Below, in pieces: positions 18,573 through 28,933 of a stretch of 64,000 bases of DNA. Numbering within the stretch: position 1 is the first letter of the stretch; each line of letters opens with the position of its first letter. The stretch spans positions 32,001 through 96,000 of the IMG/VR virus record IMGVR_UViG_3300032334_001433; one strand, written 5' to 3'. Origin of the DNA: a virus (taxonomy: Duplodnaviria > Caudoviricetes). A program made the translations under genes and the position numbers. Below the pieces are notes generated by a model, which searched no databases, was not told the DNA's origin, and was given only the letters and a program-made list of their open reading frames with translations.

Positions 18573-20653
18573 ATGGCAAGATACGAAATTACCCCTTTTA
18601 ATTTGGCTGACATTGGTTATAATGGACATGGTTCAATCCGTATTAAGGTTGAGGGTTATTGGTCTCAGGATGTCATTACCCTTTATATTGATCGCGCATA
18701 TGGTTCTAATGGATGGACCGTTAAGCTTTCTCATTCCTCCGGTGGTCGAGATACCAAAGTAATAGAGTGCGATATGGAAGCAGAAATGAATTTTGCTACA
18801 GCACTTAATGTGATGGCTAAAATTGGTCTTGATATTAAGACAACTAAGTTAGGTATGCTGGAAGAAAATTATCAGCGCAGAATCAAAGACGACAAAGAAC
18901 GCCTTGAGAAAGAAAAGGCAGAATTTGCTGCAGCTGTCGCGGCTGATAAAGAAATTGGAATTGCGTTGGCTCGATATAAATTAGATACCATAGGCGATTT
19001 CGGTGAATTGAAAGTATTTGCCCGCGGAACAGATAAAATCCGTCGATTCTCAGTATCGCATCGGGTTAAAAAGACATTCTTTCTGCAGGGAATGCGAATT
19101 TCCAAGCAGGAAGCAATTGTAGAGTTGGCAAAATGCTCAACTCGTGAAGTAACTATCTAAGGAAAACATTATGAATCAGATTCAAAAAGAAGCCGCCCTA
19201 TACGTGGCAAAAGTAATTAGTTTGGCAGTTGGCGTAGGAATGGTAACGTGTTTATCAATACTTTATATTGGTATGACAGAAACGTTTTTATTAATCGCCG
19301 GGTTATTGCTAGTTAATCTGGCATTTGCCGCATTCGAGAATAAAGTAAAAGAATTGGAACACTTGGAACGCATGAATGAAATTGCAGCTGATCGAGAAAA
19401 ACGTATGGCTGAATTGAATGCAAAATGAATTAAACAAGCGTTTGCTACATTATGAACGATCAGCTTAGAAAATTTTATCGTTTATCTGGACTTGACATCT
19501 ATGGTCTCGGAACAGATAGAGAGAAATGGGAAGCAGCAGTCAACAGATATACTGAGTTCGTTATCAGGGAGTGTGGGTGTTATCTCCTTGAAAATGAGGT
19601 AGTAGACATTATGGATGTGATTGGTATGGAAGATCACTTTAAAGGAAAATAAAATGGCAAAAGAAAAAATCAACGAAAACTTCAACCTGAGCTTCTCTTC
19701 ACGGGATAGTAATACTAGCGATACTATTATGGATTGCAATATCAGTTTTGAAAATCCACGAGACGACCATGCAGTCGTATCTAAGATTGCTACTTGGCTT
19801 GTAGCAATTGGTCGGACCAATATCGCAGTTCGAATTGTGAATCCAAAATAATATGTTCTTCTGGACAATTGTAATCCTCTCAACGAACATTACCTATATT
19901 GGTCAGTTTGAGGATGAGATCAAATGCAATAAAGCTGTAGAAGCGATTAAGACACAATATATTAAAGCGGCATGCGTTCAAGTCAAAGCGCCCGAACCTA
20001 AGAAATAATATGAGTATGATGATGAAAAGAGTAGTAACAATGTGCGATCCGCCTAGTGGGTGGAAATGGGGATTTCCGAAAGTAATGCCGGAAGGTCTAA
20101 TTGGCAAAGCATTTGACGAGTGGCTAATAAGCGAAGGAATGCCCAGGTCAGAAATTGATTATTGGAATAATAGTCAATTGGGTTATATGCCTATACGATG
20201 CTGGAATGAGGAGTTTGACGAATGAGTTATAGTCGTTGGAGTGATAGTGTTTGGCATAGTTTTTATAATGTGAATGGTAGGTTAAGTCTGTGGTATGATA
20301 TGGATCGTATTATAGATTGGACTGAGGGTGAATTGTTAGAACTTATGTCACTTGAACAAAAAGAGATTGTCGAAACATTAATGGAGACATATGGTTGCCT
20401 GGAATCTGAAGCAATTGAAGCCATTGAATATATCGAGCTGTTTCTAGAAGAGTATGATCCTGAATTAGATATAGAGTAATATGATTAGTTTTATTATGGG
20501 ATATATCGTAGGAGTCTTGTATATGTGCTATCGTAGTAATGAAGAACAAAAGGTCAATATACCATGATAGAAATACTAGTAATAATGATCGTTTCTTTGG
20601 CAATAAAGATAAGTATCGTATATACTATGAAATCAAGATATAGTAAGTATTGA
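18573..20653 (+). CDS. Early hypothetical gene cluster (18573-19160, 19171-19428, 19452-19652, ~19654-19851, 20010-20225, 20222-20479, 20481-20567, 20564-20653)
   Basis: Co-oriented short ORFs; several with TM helices. Confidence 0.65.
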
Positions 20654-20692
20654 TCGAATATTGCTATAATATAGCATATACTGTATATAGAC

Positions 20693-20712
20693 TGTGGATA
20701 ACCTGTGGATAG
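20693..20712 (-). promoter_or_regulatory. Tandem DnaA boxes
   Basis: TGTGGATAA-CC-TGTGGATAG, reverse complements of TTATCCACA (perfect) and CTATCCACA (1 mismatch), in non-coding DNA. Confidence 0.6.
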
Positions 20713-20858
20713 AGATCGCAGAGTTCTCTAAAATCGAGCCTAAAGAAAACTCTGTATTTATACGGTAGAACAATGGTTCAGATTCTATACGACCGTATCA
20801 GATTATAAACGGCAGAGTAATAATCTAAACTCGCGAGTCACCAAATAGATCTCTATGT

Positions 20859-20988
20859 TCTATAACATCTTTTCCCTCCCCTGTCAACCTTTTTATAGTA
20901 CCCATACACCCTGCAGGGTCTTTAAACTAATGCTTGACGATCTGACCAAAAGGCGCTATAATAGAGGCATAAACAGTAAGGAACTTAT
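20859..20988 (+). repeat. Early promoter cassette with upstream antisense promoter
   Basis: Minus TTGACA-17-TATAGA; ACCC-N12-GGGT 20900-20919; plus TTGACG 20934, TATAAT 20957. Confidence 0.9.
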
Positions 20989-21685
20989 ATGAACAGCAAA
21001 CAGATCGCAATGTATGGTATGACCGAAGCAGACATCAAAGCACAGTATATGGAGTCTATTACAGCAAAGTTCTCCGGTCTGGAGATGGTTGTAGCGGGCA
21101 TTCTAAGCGATTGTCAAGAGATGAATCAGTATCAGCACGCTGCAGCAGTGAATCAAGAAGCCAATAAAGAGCGGATTCGTCAGCAGTTGAACGTAGCAAA
21201 GTTCATTCTGTTCGATATGATGGATCAGCGTGGTCATAGCGTATAAGGAACCAGTTATGTCGTATTTCTCGAATCTCTACAATTTGATTACAGAGGCCAT
21301 TGAGATGGACATGGGGAAGTATAATATAATAGATCTGATGATAGATGAGGGAATCCCTGCAGAGGCGGCTCCTATTATATTAGATCAGTTCATTAAGTCG
21401 AAGGGATCGTATCCCCTAGGCGCCGAGTGAGAAATTCTCGGCAACTAAAGTATGGAGAATGGTATGAAAGTGTATTCGTTGGTGTCGTTCGTAGACTATG
21501 AGGGTTACTATCTGGTGGGTATATACGGATCTCTAGAGGACTTGATGAAGTACGTAGAAGACGGTAAGTGGTACGTTGATCGCCTGGGATACGTAGAGTC
21601 TGAGCTGGGGGAGGAGATAAACGTAATGGCTGAGGTAGTGTACGTGCCCTTTGTGAATTCTAGTAATGAGCAGGTAATGGTATAA
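20989..21685 (+). CDS. Three early hypothetical proteins (20989-21246, ~21257-21430, 21452-21685)
   Basis: Downstream of cassette; AAGGA/GGAG ribosome sites. Confidence 0.65.
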
Positions 21686-21776
21686 GACCCTACAGCCCAA
21701 AGGGTCTTTTGGAAAGTGCTTGACGATCTGACCAAAAGGTGCTATAATTGAGGCATAAACAGCAACAGAGGTGTAT
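21685..21776 (+). repeat. Early promoter cassette
   Basis: AGACCCT-N9-AGGGTCT, TTGACG 21720, TATAAT 21743. Confidence 0.9.
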
Positions 21777-22685
21777 ATGAAAGTAGCAGTCAAATTCAAC
21801 AAAGCAAAGAATCGTTTCGAAGGATTCGTGGATGGCAAAATGGTAACACGTTCAAAGCATGAGATGTACGTCAAGAACGTTCTAGCTAGCATGGGTCTAG
21901 AGGTCGAAGAGTCCACAGGTCTCGTGAACAATCAGCCCAAGATTGACGAGTTTGGCATCAATAAGCGCTTTGAGTTCGTTCAGCAGATGGTCACAATGGT
22001 TGGTAAGAAGACTATTGCCTCAGCGATCATCACAGGTCAGGGTGGTCTGGGTAAGACGCACACAGTGTTGAAGTCGCTCAAGGCTCAGGGCTTGATCGAT
22101 ACTACAGACCTCGCCTCGTTCGAAGAGGGTTACAAGTTTAACTCTTCGAAGTCTTATCGTGTTGTCAAAGGTTACAGCACAGCAAAAGGTCTCTATCGTA
22201 CGTTGTTCGAGGGTAACGGACAAGTGCTCGTGTTCGACGACTGCGACAGTGTTCTCAAAGATCCCGTAGCGTTGAACTTGCTCAAGGGTGCCCTGGACTC
22301 TTACGGTGAGCGCTGGATCTCCTGGAACGCAGACATGAAAGACGAAGATCTGCCCCGTTCCTTCAAGTTCACAGGTTCCATTGTGTTCATCAGCAACATG
22401 GACGCTGATCGTATAGACCAAGCAGTGAAGACACGCGCTATGTGCGTTGACTTGTCCATGACACAGATGCAGAAGCTAGAGCGCATGGAAGTGATCATGA
22501 AAGAAGACGAATTCCTGCCTGAGTACAGCATTAATTTTAAGCAAGACGCTTTGAATTTGCTTAAAGAAGTAGCAAATACAGTAGACAATCTGTCTCTGCG
22601 TTCGTTGATTGCGGTGACGAAGATTCGCGCTGAGAATGAGAACTGGAAAGATCTGGCTCGTTACATCGTCAGTGCCGGGGCGTAA
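21771..22685 (+). CDS. P-loop (AAA-type) ATPase
   Basis: Walker A GQGGLGKT, Walker B VLVFDDCD, sensor-1 FISN, AVKTRA arginine finger. Confidence 0.85.
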   Translation: MYMKVAVKFNKAKNRFEGFVDGKMVTRSKHEMYVKNVLASMGLEVEESTGLVNNQPKIDEFGINKRFEFVQQMVTMVGKKTIASAIITGQGGLGKTHTVLKSLKAQGLIDTTDLASFEEGYKFNSSKSYRVVKGYSTAKGLYRTLFEGNGQVLVFDDCDSVLKDPVALNLLKGALDSYGERWISWNADMKDEDLPRSFKFTGSIVFISNMDADRIDQAVKTRAMCVDLSMTQMQKLERMEVIMKEDEFLPEYSINFKQDALNLLKEVANTVDNLSLRSLIAVTKIRAENENWKDLARYIVSAGA

Positions 22686-22686
22686 A

Positions 22687-22766
22687 GCCCTACAGGGCAA
22701 AGGGTCTTTGCTTGACCCTCTGTCCATTATGTGCTATAATCGAGACATAGTAACAAGGAAACCAAA
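22687..22766 (+). repeat. Early promoter cassette
   Basis: GCCC-N11-GGGT, TTGACC 22712, TATAAT 22735. Confidence 0.85.
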
Positions 22767-23258
22767 ATGAAACGATTCGCTCTAGAACTCTTCCAAGCAA
22801 CAGTCTTCGCAGCGACAATGTTCGCAGCTTTCATCATCTACTTCTACGCAATGTAATATGACTACGAAATACACTAGAGAACAGATCAATAAAGTCCTTG
22901 ATACCTTCGTAGAGACAAGCTACGAACACTGGGGCTTCTACTCCTACTCTGCTGGTGCTCTACAGAGCCAGCTAACTACTCTACTCGCGGACATGCCAAA
23001 GCATAAGCAAGCAGAAGTGTTGAACGTATTCATAAAAATGACAGAGAAATATAGTAAAGAAAAGGAATCTGTATGAGCAAAATGAAGGATCTATTCATCG
23101 AAATCGAAGTTTTGTATGACGCAGGCATCTCAGAGACGGAGATCGCCAGACGCTTGAATATACCCTTAGGGGCGGTTCGGGCGGTGACAGATGCCGTGGA
23201 CGAGATGGCATACCATGTAGATATGCGCGAAGGGTACGACCGCGAGGTTATGGTATAG
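22767..23258 (+). CDS. Three early hypothetical proteins (22767-22856 manual, 22858-23076, 23073-23258 HTH-like)
   Basis: Last ORF has ISETEIARRLNIPLGAV HTH-like pattern. Confidence 0.6.
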
Positions 23259-23572
23259 TCTTAGAGGGGCTGGCGGGTACCTAGGGGGTACCCTCAATTA
23301 TAAGTCAGCACCCCTCGCTGCTATATCCTCAGCTTATGCCCCTCCACCTTATATCAACACTTATCCATTTCTCCCTACGGCTCTCCACTCTTATCTCAAA
23401 AAAATTTCCCCCAGAAAAATTTCCCCAGAAAAACAACACTAAAAAGAGTTCCTCTATTCCTACTCTATCGATACTCTACCCCTACACTATGACGTTTATT
23501 AATATATACTAGATAGAAGCCATAAACTACACTAATCGTTTCTATACTATACTACACTATAAGGAGATCTGT
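23259..23572. other. Non-coding palindromic, strand-asymmetric island (candidate origin or packaging site)
   Basis: GGGTACC-N5-GGTACCC, outer GAGGGG/CCCCTC, AAAAATTTCCCC(C)AG twice, G-poor plus strand. Confidence 0.45.
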
Positions 23573-24927
23573 ATGTCATCTGAAGAACAAAAATTCTTAC
23601 ACTCTCAACGCATTTTAAAGAAAGATGCATCTATACGTAGACAAACAAAGATCGCGAAGACATTTGGAGTAGATCGTTACATTAAAGAGCCTCATCGTTT
23701 GGCTAAGCATCATGCTCTGGATTGTGGGCATGCTGGCTGCATGATCTGTTCAAATGGTCGAAAGACTCATGGTGAACTTACTGTGCAGGAAAAACGTATG
23801 TTTCAGGATAAACTACACTTTGAACCAGTTGATTCTGTTGACGAGATTCTTGAAGAAGAGGCTTTCAAACGTTGAAAATACCAAGATGAACAAAGACGCT
23901 TGACACTTAACAGAAAAGATGTTATAATAGTACTATGAATGCCAAAGAACGATTAGAAACAGTCGAGGACCTTAAGGGTCTTTTAAAGCTCTTGAACGAG
24001 GGTAAGTACTGGGACGGACGCAGTTGGATCTATCAACTTATTATTCCGCATCGGTTCGTGCCGTATATCGACGGACTAGAAAAAGCAATTAAACTACTGG
24101 ACGATACCGAAGATGAACTATAAACAAGACTCCGAAACTGGAGAATTCGATATTAACTACGATAACATTATTAAGAACAAAGAATGTTTATCCATAACTA
24201 GAATCTTGGCAGCTGATCTGCAGGCCAATCCATACTACACCGTCGGACAGTTTCTAAAGAATCTAAACGACGTTGATCTGGCCGAACTGAATAATATCGT
24301 GAACTGTAACTTCAAAGCCGATCTTGACGATGTCGACGATGAGGAAGAACGCGAGACTGATCCTCGAATGGCCGATATCGTACTGTTGGCTGAGATGTTG
24401 TCAAGAGGTGAGGATGTCGTATCCAAATCCGACGAAGAACTTTTGACCAAAGTAAACCAGTTCATGATCTTTATCTCCATCGAGAGCCTACGTCGAAAAG
24501 GTATGGTTGAGGCATATCATTCCAATATGACATTCGGCGATGATGGAAACGAGAGAGTGATCGTAAAGAAACTAACTGATTTAGACGAAGACTAATAGGA
24601 ACTAATATAATGAGTAAACTTGAACAATTCTCCCGTCCGTGCGAGACATTTGATCCAACCAATAAACATCATAGAGAAATCTTTCACGCTGCCCTGCGGC
24701 ATCGTTCATGGGGCCGTTCTCCCATTCGATTCTGGTTAATCGAAGAAACTACTAGTTTGATGGATCAGTGTACTAAGAAGATGGCTCGTTATTATATGGA
24801 AAAAGAATTCGGCAAAATTGACGAAAAAACAACAGCTGACGAAATCAAAATTATCAAAGACTATAAAGAGGCATCTATTGATCCAAGTCGCTTGACAAGA
24901 ACAACATATGGTGTTATAATAGACTAA
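23573..24927 (+). CDS. Four hypothetical proteins (23573-23875, 23935-24123, 24113-24595, 24610-24927)
   Basis: ORF track; first has HALDCG..GCMICSN Zn-binding pattern. Confidence 0.7.
23900..23928 (+). promoter_or_regulatory. sigma70-type promoter (leaderless ORF 23935)
   Basis: TTGACA-17-TATAAT, ATG 6 nt downstream. Confidence 0.85.
24892..24920 (+). promoter_or_regulatory. sigma70-type promoter
   Basis: TTGACA-17-TATAAT with extended -10 TG. Confidence 0.85.
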
Positions 24928-24949
24928 GTAACAACAGCATAGGACTAAC

Positions 24950-26041
24950 ATGGCGCGAAATACATCTGCACTTTCCGGTAACGAACCTGACGTATCTTTG
25001 ATTGACGGTACTGATTCACAGTACAATATCAAGTTGATGCGTGTCATGAACTGGTATTCTGCAGAGAAGCTGAAGAGCGATGCTCGAAAGTATATCCGGG
25101 ATTATGTTAAGGCAAAGATGCCAACCGAACTAAAGACTTTCGACGAAGTAAAAGATGTCGAGATTGTAAATACCTATGGTTGGATTTCCCGTGTTATTAT
25201 GCTAGGTGGTTCTATTTCTGATAATCATCTTGTAAAGTTTAATAATTACATTCGTAGGATTCTAGATTCAACCGTTAAGGTAGAAGAACCTGTAGTACAA
25301 GTTGTAACTACATCCGCTCCTCGAGCATCTATTCAAGATGCAATGAAAGAAAAGATCTCTGAGTATATCGGAGAACTAGAAGGTTGCTTGGACAAGATGG
25401 TTCGAGACAAGGAAGATTTCTCATTGTATAAACATATGCAAGCAAATCATATTCCAAAGCCATATGTTGCAGATGTTAAAGAATGGTCTAAGAAGAATCT
25501 CAGAGAGTTTATTGCTGCGTATGAAGGTAAAGATGCTCAGTTGAATGAGGGATATTCCTTTTTGCAGAAACGTGAGCTAAAAGCTATCGTTAAAACACTG
25601 GCTCAATGTATTGAGGATTGTGATAAATATTCAGAATTCAAGAAAGCAAATCGCAAGCCTCGAGTGTCCAAACCGAAAGCACCGGGCATTCAAATCAAAG
25701 CTTTGAAGTTTAAACGTTCTGATACCGAACTTGGTCTGCAGTCTGTATCTGCAACAGAGATCATTGGTGCTCAACAAGCATGGTTCTACAATACAAAGAC
25801 TCGTAAGTTGATAGTATATCGTTCGGAATCAGGGTTTCAGGTTAAAGGTTCAAGTATTCAGAACTACGAACCAGAACAGTCTATTCAAAAGACTTTGCGT
25901 AAACCTGCAGAACAGATTAAGGCAATGATGGCTTGTGGTAAAGTACAACTAAGAAAATTTATGGATACGATTAATGCCAAAGATCAACCAGCAAATGGTC
26001 GTATCAATGCAGAAATGATTATCCTAAAAGCTATTAAATAG
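24950..26041 (+). CDS. Conserved T4-like hypothetical protein
   Basis: 363 aa, C-terminal YNTKTRKL...QKTLRKP...NGRIN pattern seen upstream of rnh in T4-like phages. Confidence 0.7.
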   Translation: MARNTSALSGNEPDVSLIDGTDSQYNIKLMRVMNWYSAEKLKSDARKYIRDYVKAKMPTELKTFDEVKDVEIVNTYGWISRVIMLGGSISDNHLVKFNNYIRRILDSTVKVEEPVVQVVTTSAPRASIQDAMKEKISEYIGELEGCLDKMVRDKEDFSLYKHMQANHIPKPYVADVKEWSKKNLREFIAAYEGKDAQLNEGYSFLQKRELKAIVKTLAQCIEDCDKYSEFKKANRKPRVSKPKAPGIQIKALKFKRSDTELGLQSVSATEIIGAQQAWFYNTKTRKLIVYRSESGFQVKGSSIQNYEPEQSIQKTLRKPAEQIKAMMACGKVQLRKFMDTINAKDQPANGRINAEMIILKAIK

Positions 26042-26051
26042 AAAGACCTTA

Positions 26052-26954
26052 ATGTCATTATCACTATCATATTGTCAACTAATAAGAATTGTTCTTGCAC
26101 AAATGGGCGGAAGCCCAGTTCAACAAATTTTCAACGAAACTTCTGGCGGCGCTCAAAAGATTATTAAAAGCTTAGGTATACCAGGAGCAGCAGAATTTGG
26201 CGAAGCAGCAGCATTAGCAGAATTTACACAACAAATTGTTGCACAGGTAAAACTAGTTTCCAGCGAAATTAATAATGCAACTGTAATTGCACAACAATTC
26301 TTTCATAATCCCGTAGCAGAGGGACTAGGAACAATTAATACAACTATTCAAACTAGGATTGATTACCTTTCAGCAATTGAATCTAAAACAGCCGATCAAA
26401 CAGATGAACTGGCACATTTGCAGGAAGTTAAACCTAAATTAACTAGTTTCTTAACATACACAAATCAATTATCTGGACAATCAACAGGTGGCGGCGGATT
26501 TGCTGGAGGATGTACTTTAGCAGATCTAATGGGATCTGGATGTAGTAAATCTGCAGATGTTCCTGATGTAGATTTACAAACAATTGTCGATGGATTTAAT
26601 AGTGGCGCAATTATAACTGCAGCAAAAGATAAATTGATTAAAGCAGTTGCGGATGGTACAGGATATACTGGGGCAGTTGCAGCATTACAAGATTTAAACT
26701 CTGCAGTAGTAAATTTTAATAATGTTATTGAAAACAAACTAAACGAAAAGATTATTACTGCAGCAGTTGAACAATTCATTGTTGGATTGGCTTTTGATTT
26801 GCTATCAGGATGCAACAGCAAGTTAATGAATGCAATTGTTAATCCTACTGCTAAAGCGGCAATTACCCCGTTTGTAGAATACCAACAAAAAATTAGAAAT
26901 GGCGAATTGCCTGCGGGTGGTGTATCTCCTGCAAATACTACAATGAATACTTAA
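26052..26954 (+). CDS. Hypothetical protein (helical, Ala/Gly rich)
   Basis: 300-aa ORF, no recognised motif. Confidence 0.7.
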   Translation: MSLSLSYCQLIRIVLAQMGGSPVQQIFNETSGGAQKIIKSLGIPGAAEFGEAAALAEFTQQIVAQVKLVSSEINNATVIAQQFFHNPVAEGLGTINTTIQTRIDYLSAIESKTADQTDELAHLQEVKPKLTSFLTYTNQLSGQSTGGGGFAGGCTLADLMGSGCSKSADVPDVDLQTIVDGFNSGAIITAAKDKLIKAVADGTGYTGAVAALQDLNSAVVNFNNVIENKLNEKIITAAVEQFIVGLAFDLLSGCNSKLMNAIVNPTAKAAITPFVEYQQKIRNGELPAGGVSPANTTMNT

Positions 26955-26969
26955 TAAAAAGGATATATT

Positions 26970-27857
26970 ATGATTGTTGTTGATTATAGCCAAACGGCTA
27001 TCTCAAATTTTATGGCTGAAATTGGAGGACGTAAAGATATTGAAGTACAGACTCCGCTTCTTCGACATATGATTTTAAATTCGATACGAGGATATAAACA
27101 AAGGTTTGGAAAAGAATATGGTCAAATTGTTATTGCGTGTGACAATCGAACATACTGGCGTCGTCAAGTATTCCAATACTACAAAGCTGGTCGCAAAAAA
27201 GCTCGAGAAGATTCTGGTCTAGATTGGAAGGCAATCTTTGAATCACTTGATCTTATTCGTAATGAAATCAATGCATTCTTTCCATATAAGGTTGTTAATG
27301 TCGAAGGTGCAGAAGCAGATGACGTTATTGCTATTTTGGCAGAGTGGTCTCAGACTAATGATTTGCGCGAAGGTTCTGTCTTTGACGATGATCCAAAGCC
27401 ATTCCTAATTATCTCAGGCGATCACGATTTCATTCAACTACAAAAGTATAAGAATGTGAAACAGTATTCGCCAATTCAAAAGAAATTTGTTAAACCGGAT
27501 AACTCGCCAGAACAGTATTTGTTTGAGCATACTATTAAAGGCGATAAAGGTGACGGCATTCCAAATGTTCTTTCTGCGGATGATTCTATTGTTGCCGGTG
27601 AACGACAAAAGCCGGTTTCATCTAAGAAATTAGAAGCTTGGTACAAAGACCAAAGCACGTTGCCAAATGATGCAGAATTTAAAACTAGATTTGAACGAAA
27701 TAAAACACTTGTTGATTTTGCATATATTCCTGAAGATCTTAAAAACGCCGTTATAAATAACTACGTAGAGCAGCCCGTAAAAAACAAAAGTATGCTTTTG
27801 AATTTTTTCGTTGAACATAAAATGAAAAACATGCTAGAATTGATTGAGGAATTTTAA
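26970..27857 (+). CDS. rnh: T4-type RNase H / 5'-3' exonuclease
   Basis: IVVDYSQ, IACD, EADDVIA, SGDHDFIQL, GDKGDGIPN. Confidence 0.95.
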   Translation: MIVVDYSQTAISNFMAEIGGRKDIEVQTPLLRHMILNSIRGYKQRFGKEYGQIVIACDNRTYWRRQVFQYYKAGRKKAREDSGLDWKAIFESLDLIRNEINAFFPYKVVNVEGAEADDVIAILAEWSQTNDLREGSVFDDDPKPFLIISGDHDFIQLQKYKNVKQYSPIQKKFVKPDNSPEQYLFEHTIKGDKGDGIPNVLSADDSIVAGERQKPVSSKKLEAWYKDQSTLPNDAEFKTRFERNKTLVDFAYIPEDLKNAVINNYVEQPVKNKSMLLNFFVEHKMKNMLELIEEF

Positions 27858-28345
27858 TGAAAACAACAATACCACAAATCTTTGCCGAAGTTGAGAAAGC
27901 TCAAACTAAACAGGCAAAAGTAAATGTTTTGCGCGCATATAGTCATCCTGTACTTATAGGTATGTTGCAGATTAATTTCAACCCAGATGTTAAACTGCAC
28001 TTACCCGAAGGACATCCTCCGCATAAAAGAGATCAAACTATACCCGAAGGATATTCTGAAACTAATTTGTTTGCAGAATTTCGTCGTATGTATATTTGGC
28101 TCGATCCAAATATTAACCTTACAAAAATGAAGAAAGAACAACTCTTTATTCAAATGCTTGAAGGTATTCATTGGACCGAAGGAGATGATTTGTGTCTTGC
28201 AAAAGATAAAAAATTGCAAACAAAATACCCCTCACTAAAAGAAGACATTGTTCGAGAAGCTTTCCCTGATGCATTGCCCCCTCCTAAACCAAAGGAGAAA
28301 AAGGAACCAGTAGCAAAAAAAGAGAAAGTCTCTTTGAAAGATTGA
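27857..28345 (+). CDS. Conserved T4-like hypothetical protein
   Basis: LFIQMLEGIH..E...L..KDK motif; usual neighbour of rnh. Confidence 0.7.
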   Translation: MKTTIPQIFAEVEKAQTKQAKVNVLRAYSHPVLIGMLQINFNPDVKLHLPEGHPPHKRDQTIPEGYSETNLFAEFRRMYIWLDPNINLTKMKKEQLFIQMLEGIHWTEGDDLCLAKDKKLQTKYPSLKEDIVREAFPDALPPPKPKEKKEPVAKKEKVSLKD

Positions 28346-28494
28346 CTCGGTTCTTCAAACGAGACATATCTGAACCTGAACCGGTCGTCAGTAAATGGTT
28401 AGATCAAGGAGAAATGCCAAATGATCCAAATCATGATCCTAGACTAATGAGACATCATAAGTACAGAGCATTTGATAAGTATTGAAAATAATGC

Positions 28495-28523
28495 TTGACA
28501 ATTGCTCTAAAAGATGTTATAAT
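28495..28523 (+). promoter_or_regulatory. sigma70-type promoter
   Basis: TTGACA-17-TATAAT. Confidence 0.85.
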
Positions 28524-28543
28524 TATATTATGGAGATCTTATT

Positions 28544-28933
28544 ATGACTATGCACCTTATTGGACCTTGGCTTTCTACAAACGGAAAGAAAAAAGGTAAA
28601 GTTAAATTTAAAAGCGCCGAAGAGGCTAAACGTGCGCGGCAACTTGATAAAGAATGGGTTGCTATGAAAAAGAAGTGGGGCGTTGAAGCAGAAGAGAAAA
28701 AACGTAAGCAGGCAATGTCTGCAGAAGTTTTGAAATATTCTCTTGACATTCCTGCAGGGCGTAGTACTGCCCACATCAAAAGTCTTAATCAAGACAACGG
28801 AGTTGCTGTTCTAGCACCCGCAAAAAAATATACAGGAACTAAAGTATTGGGTATTGGTACGATGCATAAATCTAACGCAGTACCTATCTTTAGTGATGAC
28901 GAAGCAAAAGAAATTTCATCTATGAGGCGATAA
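28544..28933 (+). CDS. Conserved phage hypothetical protein
   Basis: YTGTKVLGIGTMHKSNAVPIF motif. Confidence 0.75.
   Translation: MTMHLIGPWLSTNGKKKGKVKFKSAEEAKRARQLDKEWVAMKKKWGVEAEEKKRKQAMSAEVLKYSLDIPAGRSTAHIKSLNQDNGVAVLAPAKKYTGTKVLGIGTMHKSNAVPIFSDDEAKEISSMRR

Noticed and set aside
14630-22770. CRISPR array interpretation of the recurring ~60-90 nt repeats
   Set aside because: Repeats are 0.5-2.4 kb apart, separated by whole genes, and consist of -35/-10/RBS elements; there is no regular spacer length and no cas genes.
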